A stretch of 10,105 nucleotides of DNA from Gloeobacterales cyanobacterium (GCA_038245785.1 JBBRSB010000057.1:1-10105), one strand, 5' to 3'. Positions 1 to 8,108 are shown, counted from the stretch's first letter. The notes: generated by a model from the sequence alone, not told the origin. Program-made: numbers and translations.

Positions 1-1
1 G

Positions 2-220
2 CAATATGAATCAGAGCACTACCCAATCACACAGTCCAAACCTCACGAAATCTTACAACATATCCTTGAATCTAGTGGCATGCGACAAGTAGATTTAATC
101 GGGTGGCTTGGCTCTAGTGGAGTGGTGTCTGAGATCGTAAATGGTAGACGTGCGATCAGTAAAACGCAGGCGAAGTTATTGGGAGAGCGATTCAAAGTTT
201 CGCCTAGTTTGTTTATATGA
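2..220 (+). CDS. higA: HigA-type antitoxin / XRE-HTH transcriptional regulator, C-terminal part (5' end lies outside the window)
   Basis: Not in the ORF track. Frame 2 reads QYESEHYPITQSKPHEILQHILESSGMRQVDLIGWLGSSGVVSEIVNGRRAISKTQAKLLGERFKVSPSLFI*, with TGA at 218-220. The pattern YE..HYP...P...L..L......Q.DL...LGS...VSEIVNG.R.IS..QAK.L...F.V....F is typical of HigA HTH domains. Confidence 0.85.
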   Translation, partial: QYESEHYPITQSKPHEILQHILESSGMRQVDLIGWLGSSGVVSEIVNGRRAISKTQAKLLGERFKVSPSLFI

Positions 221-464
221 TTGGAGTCACCAAATATACTCATTCAGGGCATAGGCGAAAAAACCAGTAGGGCCTCCTACCATCCAGAAGTAGAATACAG
301 CAAAAAAGGTGAAGCAGCAGATAAGCTAATAGCCCAAATAAACTCCATGGAATTATTTCAGGGACCCCACCAAGGCCAGGGAGTTGAACCCAGAGAGCAA
401 GATAGTGCCCCAGCAGGGTAGACAAAGAATTACCATATAATTATTCGTCTACTGAACAGTAGCC

Positions 465-614
465 ATGTCTCTTGACCTTCGCAATATGCATCCCCTATCC
501 GACTTTCAACGGAGCGCCAAAACTTTTTTAACCACCCTGAAAGACACCCATAGTGCTGACCGTGAACGGTAAAGCCGCCATCGTCGTTCAAGATGCTGAA
601 AGCTACCAACGCCT
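465..614 (+). pseudogene. Phd/YefM-family antitoxin remnant (frameshifted, 3'-truncated by ISL3)
   Basis: ATG465 gives MSLDLRNMHPLSDFQRSAKTFLTTLKDT and then stops at TAA 570-572. A second frame from ~547 continues PIVLTVNGKAAIVVQDAESYQRL up to the ISL3 left end at 615. Joined, these give the Phd pattern (LSDFQR...L.....P.VLTVNGKA..VVQD..SYQ). Confidence 0.8.
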
Positions 615-1278
615 GGGTCTTTAGGATTTAGTATGATAATGTTTTAATTTATACATTTTCAGGGATATGCAACCACTATTAACTCAACTACTCAACTTAG
701 ATGGTGTTGAAGTTGAAGATTACCGCGACTTAGGAGAAGAAATTGTCTTAGAAGTTAAGGCAGCCAGAGATTGGGCCATCTGTCCACGCTGCGCTCAAAC
801 GAGTCATAACGTTCATCAAAGCCATTTTCATTTAGCCCGTGATTTAAGTATTAGTAACCGGCAAGTCTCGTTAAAGTTTATTAAAGCCAGAGGAACGGTT
901 AACCGAGAAGCAGAATATAAAATTGAAAGAGGTCAAACAAGCCTTTCCAAAGTTGGCTGAAATGCATCGACAGAAGGAATCACTTCGGACTATTTTCGAG
1001 GATGCAAAAGATTGGACAGATGGAGTATTGAAGATTCTGGATTGACTGAAAGACGCCCAGAATACATTTCAGGACAGTGCAGCTACAATAGGTTGTTGGT
1101 TTGAGGAGATTACCAATTATTTTGAATCTTGAACAACAAGTGGCGCAGTGGAAGGGATAAACATTGAAGCTAATCAAACGTTCTGGCTATGGGTTTAGAA
1201 ACTTTGCCAATTTTCGTTTACGATGCTTGATATGTTGGCATCTTGCTATTAGCTAGGCATACTCCAACTTGAAGAGCC
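615..1278 (+). mobile_element. ISL3-family insertion sequence, internally deleted and degenerate (664 bp)
   Basis: Imperfect terminal IRs GGGTCTTTAGGATTTAGTATG (615-635) and revcomp of 1258-1278 GGCTCTTCAAGTTGGAGTATG match at 15/21 and enclose ISL3 transposase fragments. The 8-bp flanks differ (CAACGCCT vs CAAATTTA), so there is no target duplication. Confidence 0.85.
667..1256 (+). pseudogene. ISL3-family transposase pseudogene
   Basis: The N-terminus has the zinc-finger-like CPRC (MQPLLTQLLNLDGVEV...AICPRC...RDL). After ~880 another frame reads LKPEERLTEKQ...EMHRQKESLRTIFE...ILD*LKDA...WFEEITNYFES*TTSGAVEGIN, with stops at 1043-1045 and 1130-1132. A frameshift near 1162 leads to LKLIKRSGYGFRNFANFRLRCL...*, the ISL3 C-terminal signature. 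The central region is missing. Confidence 0.88.
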
Positions 1279-1367
1279 CAAATTTATTAGTCGTTAGGTG
1301 ATCAATTCGGCCTTGATTCTAGATTTTTTCTTAATTTTATATTTGTAAAATCTCAAATTCGCCGCAT

Positions 1368-4300
1368 TTAGTTTGTCGAAGACATCCTCCATGTGAATCG
1401 AAAGGTTGTGCCAACTCCAACCTGAGATTCAAGCGTAATTTCTCCACCTTGAGTCTCAACAATGCGCTTGACAATTGATAATCCAATTCCTGTATTCCCT
1501 TCATCAGAACTAGATAAAGTTTGAAATATGTCAAAAACCCGATCATGGTTTTCTGGCGCAATCCCTGGCCCATCATCTGCTACAGTCAACTCCCATACTT
1601 CATCATGAGCTTGGGCGGTAACATGAATACAGCCATCGAGACGATTATGATGTTTACAGGCGTTACTAATCAAATTCGTTAAGACTTGACTTAAGAGAAC
1701 CCGATTGGTTGTAATCGGTGACAAACTGGACGGGAGGCTGACCGTAAAACTGCTAGGTATATCTAATGAATCGACAATCTCTATAAGTAAATCCTCTATT
1801 GAGAAAGTTTCCATATTTGCCTCTGTATAGCCGAGGCGGGCATAGCGTAATAAGCTATCAATCATCGTTTCCATCCGGCCTACACGAGATTGCATTAATT
1901 CCAGATTTCCTTGGATGTCAAGGTCAACTGTTCCTGAAAGGTCCTCTTGAATCCAGCCTGCCAGATTGGAAATCGCTCGCAACGGAGCTTTAAGGTCATG
2001 AGACACTACGTAAGAAAACCGATCTAGCTCTTGATTACGAAGTTTAACTAAAGCAGTTGTCTTGGCAAGCTCGACGGTTTGGGCCTGTAGGACAAATTCT
2101 GCCTCTATACGAGCATTAATATCTTCGATTGCTGAAATAAGATAGAGGGGTGCGCCTAAGGCATCACGTCGCAGAGAAACTGTTAGGTTAGCCCACACAA
2201 CTTGACCTAGCTTATGGATGTAGCGTTTTTCCATGGTGTAGTTTTGACTTTGTCCTTCTATAAGCTCCTGAACGTAACCCAGATTTGTCAACAGATCATC
2301 AGGATGGGTAATGCTCTGAAAGTTCATGCTCAGTAGTTCTGATTCTGTATAGCCTACGATATCGCACAGCTTCTGGTTGACTCTTAGCCACCGACCATCT
2401 AAACCGACATGGGCGACACCAATGGCTGCTTGCTCAAAAGTGCTACGAAATCGCTCTTCACTTTCTTTGATAGCAAATTCTGATTGAATCCGTTCGGTAA
2501 TATCATGGGAAACTGAGAGGATCTGCTCGACTTTTCCTTGGCTGTCAGAGAGGGGAACAACGATTACCTCCCACCACTTAGGGACTCCGGTTACGGTAGG
2601 ACATTGACCTTCAAATTTGCTGATCGTTCCGGCTGAGGCATTAGTAAAAGCGACTTGAGCCAAATCCTGATCGCTCTCCTGCCAAAACTGCATCCACAAA
2701 GAGCGGTTGTATTTGGCAAAATCATCTATTTCTAGTAGTTTTTTACCTGCATCATTCATGTACAAGATCCGACCTTCGAGATCCAAGACCTTAATGCAAT
2801 CTTGATTATTCTCTAAAATTCGGCGATTAAATTCCTCACTGCGACGCAGGCTAGCCTCGGCTTGCTTGTGAGCGGTGATATCTAGATTAATGCCGCTCAA
2901 CCGCACTGGCTCTCCCTGCTGGTTGAAGGTGATACGCCCCAGCCCTAATAGCCAACGAACCCCCAGTTGAGGATGGATAATCCGAAACTCAGACTGAAAC
3001 TCAGACAGACGTTGCTCTAAAACCCGATTTACCTCCGCATTCGCGCGATCTTGATCATCGGGATGGAGAGCATTCTCCCAAGCTGCGTAACTGGGTAAAC
3101 CGTTTGCGGGGTCGAGTCCATAGAGGACATAATTCTCCGCCGACCAGACAACCTTACCTGTAAGAATTTCCCAGTCCCATGACCCAGCATGAGCACCCGA
3201 CATTGCCAGCCGCAGAAGCTGTTCGTTGTCGCGCAGGCTGGCTTCATTTTGTTTGCGGTCAGTGATGTCTAAATCTACGCCCGACATCCGAATCGGTTGC
3301 CCACTCGCATCGTAAAACACTTTTCCCTGACTCAGTGCCCACCGAATGGTGCCATCTGGATAAAGCACCCGAAATTCGATGTCGTAGTTTGCACCATGGG
3401 TCATTGCCGCATTGATCGCTTCTAGAACGCGATCGCGATCATCTGGATGCAGCCGAGAAACAAACTGCCCATAAGAACCATCAAATTCTCCAGGAGCCAA
3501 CCCAAACATGCTTTCCATGTTGGCTGACCAGATAATTCGGTTTTCTGCAATATCCCAATCCCAGGTTCCCATCCGGGCAGCTTGTAGCCCCAGCCGCAGT
3601 CTTTCTTCACTGCTTCGCAGCACCTCCTCTGTACGTTTACGCTCCGCGAGTTCGTCTTGGGCTTGCTGATAAAGCTCTGCCTGGCGGATGGCAACGCTGA
3701 CCTGAGTGGACAATTGCTGAAGCAAATCAATCTCCAACGATTGCCACTGACGAGGGGCAGCGCAGTGATGAGCAATCAGCGCACCCCAAAACTGGTCGTC
3801 GTGCAAAATGGGCACGACTAGATTTGCTCTTACTTGCAACCCAGCCAAGAGTTGGACGTGGCACGGATCGATGCTGCCATCGTAAATATCGGCTTTGACG
3901 GTCACTCTTCCTTGACGCTGGAGATCGACATAGCTCTCGGCAAAACAGGGATCATAGAGCTGGTCTGCCAGAATTGATCGCCACTCTGCGCCCACAGATT
4001 CTGCCACCACCCTGCCGTTGCCGTCTGGCTCTACCTGGAACACGACCATGCGATCGGTCTGAAGAAATTGCCGCACTTCTGTAACGGTGGTGTGCAAAAT
4101 CTCGTTTAAGTCGAGCGATCGAGACACTTTCTGAGCAATCTGGGCGATGACTCGCTCTCGATCGATGCGCTCTTGGAGTTGAGTTTGGAGCTGCACCGTC
4201 TTGATCGTTGCATCCAACGCCAGCTTCAGACCCTCCGGCGTGATTTGTCCCTTAACCAGATAATCTTGTGCGCCCGCCTTAATCGACTGGACGGCGATCG

Positions 4301-4577
4301 CTTCGCTTCCGACTCCCGTCACCATCACGATCGGGAGCGGCTGCTGAGGTTGCAGGGCAGCGAGAAATTCTAGCCCGTCCAGGTCAGGCAGTCGATAATC
4401 GAGCAACACTGCATCTGGCTGGTGCTGTCGCCAGAGATTCAATCCTTCTTCGCCTAGGCTCGCCTCTACAATCGTGTAATCATAGTCGCGATCATTCATC
4501 AAATATCGTCGATACATCTCGCGGTCTTCTGGGCTATCTTCCACAATCAAGATGGTGCGGCGAAGTTGAGTGTTCAT
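1368..4577 (-). CDS. Multi-domain photosensory histidine kinase: REC - DXCF cyanobacteriochrome GAF - four PAS/PAC - HisKA - HATPase_c (1069 aa)
   Basis: REC: ILIVED...LLDYRLPDLDG...MVTG...DYLVK. GAF: EVRQFLQTDR...VVAES...DPCF...DPCH...RANLVVPI...WGALIAHHC..PRQW. PAS domains begin at WDWDI, WDWEI, ILENNQDCIKVLD and FEQAAIGVAHV. H-box SHDLKAPLRAI; N/G1/F/G2 boxes NLISNA, DDGPGI, FDIFQ, GIGLSIV. Confidence 0.96.
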   Translation of the reverse strand: MNTQLRRTILIVEDSPEDREMYRRYLMNDRDYDYTIVEASLGEEGLNLWRQHQPDAVLLDYRLPDLDGLEFLAALQPQQPLPIVMVTGVGSEAIAVQSIKAGAQDYLVKGQITPEGLKLALDATIKTVQLQTQLQERIDRERVIAQIAQKVSRSLDLNEILHTTVTEVRQFLQTDRMVVFQVEPDGNGRVVAESVGAEWRSILADQLYDPCFAESYVDLQRQGRVTVKADIYDGSIDPCHVQLLAGLQVRANLVVPILHDDQFWGALIAHHCAAPRQWQSLEIDLLQQLSTQVSVAIRQAELYQQAQDELAERKRTEEVLRSSEERLRLGLQAARMGTWDWDIAENRIIWSANMESMFGLAPGEFDGSYGQFVSRLHPDDRDRVLEAINAAMTHGANYDIEFRVLYPDGTIRWALSQGKVFYDASGQPIRMSGVDLDITDRKQNEASLRDNEQLLRLAMSGAHAGSWDWEILTGKVVWSAENYVLYGLDPANGLPSYAAWENALHPDDQDRANAEVNRVLEQRLSEFQSEFRIIHPQLGVRWLLGLGRITFNQQGEPVRLSGINLDITAHKQAEASLRRSEEFNRRILENNQDCIKVLDLEGRILYMNDAGKKLLEIDDFAKYNRSLWMQFWQESDQDLAQVAFTNASAGTISKFEGQCPTVTGVPKWWEVIVVPLSDSQGKVEQILSVSHDITERIQSEFAIKESEERFRSTFEQAAIGVAHVGLDGRWLRVNQKLCDIVGYTESELLSMNFQSITHPDDLLTNLGYVQELIEGQSQNYTMEKRYIHKLGQVVWANLTVSLRRDALGAPLYLISAIEDINARIEAEFVLQAQTVELAKTTALVKLRNQELDRFSYVVSHDLKAPLRAISNLAGWIQEDLSGTVDLDIQGNLELMQSRVGRMETMIDSLLRYARLGYTEANMETFSIEDLLIEIVDSLDIPSSFTVSLPSSLSPITTNRVLLSQVLTNLISNACKHHNRLDGCIHVTAQAHDEVWELTVADDGPGIAPENHDRVFDIFQTLSSSDEGNTGIGLSIVKRIVETQGGEITLESQVGVGTTFRFTWRMSSTN
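3429..3436. repeat. HIP1 octamer GCGATCGC (second perfect copy at 4294-4301)
   Basis: Exact palindrome read from the sequence. HIP1 is a known cyanobacterial over-represented motif. Confidence 0.6.
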
Positions 4578-4668
4578 GGGAGTTGCTTTATCACAGCGAT
4601 AGGTAGAACCGTCGTATCAAATCAGTAGTCTATTAAGATCTGAATACTACGCTCTAATCGATTGAAAT
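4574..4668 (-). pseudogene. C-terminal stub of a single-domain (Rcp1-like) response regulator, truncated by IS6
   Basis: The minus strand from 4666 reads FNRLERSIQILIDY*FDTTVLPIAVIKQLP*. This resembles the helix-5 tail '...F..L...IQ....YWF....LP' of Rcp1-type receivers, with TGA (4624-4622) where W is expected. Its final TGA (4576-4574) overlaps the kinase ATG (ATGA). Confidence 0.7.
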
Positions 4669-5495
4669 GGTATCGTCAACTTAACGACTATACCTCTATC
4701 CCACACTCTGTGTAACGCTTAGGGGATGCCATCACTTATCTACGACATCGCTTTCCCTCTGAGATCATCTCCTACTGCGTCTGGTTGTATTACACTTTCC
4801 CCCTTAGTTTCAGAGATATCGAGAAGATGATGCTCTATCGCGGGATTGATGTGACTTATGAGTCCATTCGAAAGTGGTGTCGCAAATTTGCTCAAACCTA
4901 TGCCAATCAAATTCCCCGCCGTCGCCCCACACCATCTGATAAGTGGCACCTTGATGAAGTTGTGATCAAGATTAAGGGCCAGCAGTATTACTTATGGCGA
5001 GCGGTCGATAAATATGGCCAAGTCATCGATATCCTGATGCAAAGGGGTCGGGATAAGGCCGCTGCCAATAAGTTTTTCCGCAAACTGCTCAAGCCCCAGG
5101 ACGCTGACCCAAGAGTGATTATCACTGATAAGCTAAAAAGCTATGGGGCAGCGAAGAAGAAGATCCTCATGGGAGTAGAACACAGACAGCATAAGGGCTT
5201 GAACAATCGAGCGGAGAACTCCCATCGACCGACAAGGGTGAGGGAGCGGCGAATGGGCCGATTCAAGTCCCCAGGCCAAGCCCAACGATTTCTTTCAGCT
5301 TTTGAACTAATACGCGGTCATTTCCATCCGCACCAGCACAAACTCACGGCAACGGAATATCGAGCAACAATGACTCAGCGATTTGAAAGCTGGGGAGAAT
5401 TGACGGGTCTCCATAACATTGCGTAATCAGCCCCAGTCATGATCTGTCAGAAAAAGTGTCTGAATTTTGATGAGTCTCGTTAAGTTGACGATACC
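4669..5495 (+). mobile_element. IS6-family insertion sequence (827 bp)
   Basis: Perfect 19-bp terminal IRs GGTATCGTCAACTTAACGA (4669-4687) and TCGTTAAGTTGACGATACC (5477-5495) surround an IS6-type transposase. The flanks ATTGAAAT and TGGATGGT are not duplicated. Confidence 0.95.
4726..5426 (+). pseudogene. IS6-family DDE transposase, probably frameshifted just after its start codon (otherwise intact)
   Basis: Motifs RHRFPSEIISYCVWLY, LSFRDIE, WHLDE, YLWRAVD, IITDK, LNNRAENSHR. The conserved ITYLRHRFP lies upstream of the track's TTG4785 start and in frame with it, but the only nearby ATG (4726) is out of frame and the frame is closed by TAA at 4713. Confidence 0.8.
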
Positions 5496-5497
5496 TG

Positions 5498-6817
5498 GAT
5501 GGTCCTACAACCTATGCCTATGACTCCTTAGGAAGAGTGACGGTGGTCACCCTGCCTTTGGGCAAAGTGAGGAAGTATACCTATGATGGAGCGAACCGAA
5601 GCACCAGCATGACAGATGAAATCGGTCGGATTACCAAGTATGCCTACGATGCTTTAGACCGTGTGGTCCAGACAACCTACCCGGATGGGAGTAGATTCAC
5701 GCAGAGCTATGACGGCAACAGTAATCTAACAGCAGTGACGGATGAAAATGGAAACACAACCCGTTATCAATATAACCAGGTGGACCGCTTAGTGAGTCGA
5801 ACCAATCCACTAGGTCAGAGTGAGACCTATAGTTATGACTTTAACGGTAATTTGGTAAGCCGAGTTGATAGAAAAGGGCGCCCCTATACCTACCGCTATG
5901 ACCAGCGAGATGACCTAACCGAGGAAAACCTTCCTGGTGGGGTAGTCAGGCAGTATAGCCATGACGCTGTAGAGCGGTTGACCCAAATCAATGACAATGT
6001 GGATGGGCAGATTGGTTTTGGGTACGATACCTTAGACCGCTTGATTAGTGAAACCACGGCTCAAGGAACGGTGAACTATGGCTATGACAGTATCTCTCGA
6101 AGAACCTCTTTGCAAGCTTCTAACGGGTACCTGGCAAGCTACACCTATGATGCCACTAATCGTCTAGCCAAGATAGTTAAAGACGGTCAAAACTATAGCT
6201 TTAGTTATGATAGTGCCAATCGCATGACTGGGATGACTATGCCCAATGGAGTAACCAGTCAATATGGCTTTGATGCCGCCAGTCGCTTGAGTCAGATTCT
6301 GCATCAAAAGACTGGTCAAACACTGAAGAACTTAGGGTATGTCTTTGATGCCGCAGACCAGATAACGCAAATATCTGGAACAGCGAGTAATACTCCAGAA
6401 GACAGTGTAGTCGCGGCAGCCAGCACGAATGCCAATAATCAATATACCAGTCTAGATGGGCAACCAGTCTCTCATGACGCGAATGGAAATCAGGTGGCGC
6501 AAGGCCCTGTGAGTTATCAATGGGATGCCCGCAACCGCTTAGTGGGGATTACAGGACCAGGGACTACAGCCAGTTTCACCTATGATGCTTTGGGCCGCAG
6601 AGCGAGCAGAAGCAGCAATGGGCAGACCCAAGCCTATCAATACGATGGAGCCGATATCATCCGGGATGCGAATGCTGAATATATCCAAGGTCCTGGGATA
6701 GACAATGTCCTGGACCGCAAGGAAACTGCTACAGGGAATCATGAGTACTATCTAAAAGACCATTTGGGTTCTTCTATAGAATTCTTTCAAAAAGGTAAAT
6801 CAACGAACCTCAGATGA
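5498..6817 (+). pseudogene. Rhs/YD-repeat protein internal fragment (truncated at both ends)
   Basis: Many YD..GR/YD...RL repeats. The frame is open with repeats (DGPTTYAYDSLGR) right back to the IS6 right IR, so GTG5537 is not the native start. It ends just after YYLKDHLGS (~6773) and lacks the remaining Rhs core (YDPFG...RYYDP...DPxG) and any toxin tip. Confidence 0.88.
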
Positions 6818-7546
6818 ATCATTAGAAGGTAAAGGATTCCCAGGATTGAAAATAGTGGAAGGCACAGGCACTCGTGAACGCCTTTGCTGAATCAAGTCAG
6901 CATTGCTACTACTAGGAATAGCGACTGGGGCTACAACACCCCTCGGCGCGGGAGAAACTCTTGGTGCTAGCCGTGGAGGCTCCGCTGGAACGAAACCTGT
7001 TTGACCTTGGCCTTGTCCAGTCCCCTGACCTGGCAAAATAGTCGGAGGCATGAAGGGAGCATTACTTACAGGTATCACTTCAGAGGGCGTAGTGTTAGCT
7101 GTTTCCTTTCGGCTTTCACTCTCAGTGCTCTCCCAACTCTCTCCATTGGTAAAACCCACTGCTACTACTTGTACAGCAGTCGCATCACCTGGCCACCCAA
7201 AATGGTCTTCTTGAAGACGATATTCCCATCGCTCTCCTTTTCTCCAGAGATGGTCTCTGTTTAGAACTACTTTGCGAACCCGGATAGGACTATGCTGACT
7301 GCCTAACAGGGAAAAAACCACTTCCACCCACATTACATCGCGTGCATCTTTTTGTTCTAGAACAATTGTCGTATCCCAGTTGGATTCCAGCAGACCATCT
7401 TTATCAGCGAGACTACTAGAAACAGAACGGGTCACTACGGGAGCATTCACTAGATTTTCGGATAAACCCTCTAACGGACGATAAGCGAAAGCGGGAGCTG
7501 TACTTAGGAAAACCAAAGCAAGCAAGATAGAGAGCGGTTTTTTCAT
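6800..7546 (-). CDS. Hypothetical secreted protein (signal peptide, ~120-aa beta-rich domain, Pro/Ser/Gly-rich tail)
   Basis: 248-aa ORF with a Sec-type signal MKKPLSILLALVFLSTAPAFA|Y, a domain ending VQVVAVGFTNGESWES, and a low-complexity tail containing GQGTGQGQGQTG. ATGA overlap with the upstream gene at 7543-7546. Confidence 0.8.
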   Translation of the reverse strand: MKKPLSILLALVFLSTAPAFAYRPLEGLSENLVNAPVVTRSVSSSLADKDGLLESNWDTTIVLEQKDARDVMWVEVVFSLLGSQHSPIRVRKVVLNRDHLWRKGERWEYRLQEDHFGWPGDATAVQVVAVGFTNGESWESTESESRKETANTTPSEVIPVSNAPFMPPTILPGQGTGQGQGQTGFVPAEPPRLAPRVSPAPRGVVAPVAIPSSSNADLIQQRRSRVPVPSTIFNPGNPLPSNDSSEVR

Positions 7547-8058
7547 CTAGCGCTAGAGCCTTTTCTGGTAGCTGCTTCCACCGCAGGCTGGATGAACTTA
7601 ACTTCTGGTAAACCAGCGATGAATTCTACCTGGGCAAGGGGAAGCTCTGCACGGACCGTGTGTTCACGAGGGAAGCTGTTAATAATCTTTCCCCCTATGT
7701 GATTAATATTCCCCAAAAGTGAATCCGTTACCTTGGCGTCGATATCTACAAGAACATTCCCAGAACTATCAATTTTGACAGTGGGTCTGAGGTCTGTTGA
7801 ATTATCTGTTTTATGAGTTTTCTGTAAAGCATAGAGAAGCTGAGAGTCTATCTTTTGTTGAATCGGTGTGCGAGAGGCTTTTTCGTTCTGAAAACCTTGA
7901 ATCTGACTTACTGCATTGTTCTTTAGCCATGGCTCTCGAATATTTTGAGCAAATACTTGAGTAGAGAGGAGCGTAATGATTATTCCAAGTACACTATTGA
8001 CAACTAGTAATTGGGTGTTGCCGATGAGCTTTTTATCACTTCTATCACCTGTGTGCAC
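7543..8058 (-). CDS. Exported/membrane-anchored protein resembling the N-terminal propeptide of S8 (subtilase) peptidases, with no catalytic domain
   Basis: 171 aa, GTG start preceded by purine-rich GGGGAAAGAG, hydrophobic segment ending VFA. EKASRTPIQQKIDSQLLYA...VLVDIDAKV...LL..I...GGKII..FP....VRAELPL..VE.IA.LPEVKFIQPA resembles, from my recollection, subtilase prodomains. No D/H/S catalytic motifs follow. Confidence 0.7.
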   Translation of the reverse strand: MHTGDRSDKKLIGNTQLLVVNSVLGIIITLLSTQVFAQNIREPWLKNNAVSQIQGFQNEKASRTPIQQKIDSQLLYALQKTHKTDNSTDLRPTVKIDSSGNVLVDIDAKVTDSLLGNINHIGGKIINSFPREHTVRAELPLAQVEFIAGLPEVKFIQPAVEAATRKGSSAR

Positions 8059-8072
8059 TTGACTCTTTCCCC

Positions 8073-8108
8073 AGAGTAGAGATGTTTATAAGTGGGCCTC
8101 TCTACTCT
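8073..8108. promoter_or_regulatory. Perfect 10-bp inverted repeat just upstream of the 8058 start (possible operator or leader hairpin)
   Basis: AGAGTAGAGA (8073-8082) and TCTCTACTCT (8099-8108) with a 16-nt spacer. Function is inferred only. Confidence 0.4.

Noticed and set aside
43..243. Minus-strand 66-aa ORF
   Set aside because: Antisense shadow of the HigA-type gene.
375..395. tRNA T-arm-like sequence GGGTTCAACTCCC on the minus strand (379-391)
   Set aside because: No matching acceptor stem, D-arm, anticodon arm or CCA could be built around it.
221..425. ORFs 221..421 (+) and 240..425 (-)
   Set aside because: Short, TTG starts, mutually overlapping, no recognisable motif. The minus one is hydrophobic but cannot be supported as a gene.
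4640..4687. IS6-derived hybrid promoter for the kinase (outward TTGACG in the IR)
   Set aside because: The hexamer at 17-bp spacing is TAGAGC (3/6, lacking the conserved final T). The right end also lacks a well-spaced -10.
980..4949. Small ORFs 980..1177, 1337..1576, 1799..1993, 3029..3247, 3422..3775, 4173..4373, 4740..4949
   Set aside because: Alternative-frame or antisense shadows of the ISL3 remnant, the kinase or the IS6 transposase.
6800..7546. Secreted protein as the Rhs immunity gene
   Set aside because: It is convergent rather than co-oriented, is coupled to a different gene, and the Rhs fragment has no toxin domain.
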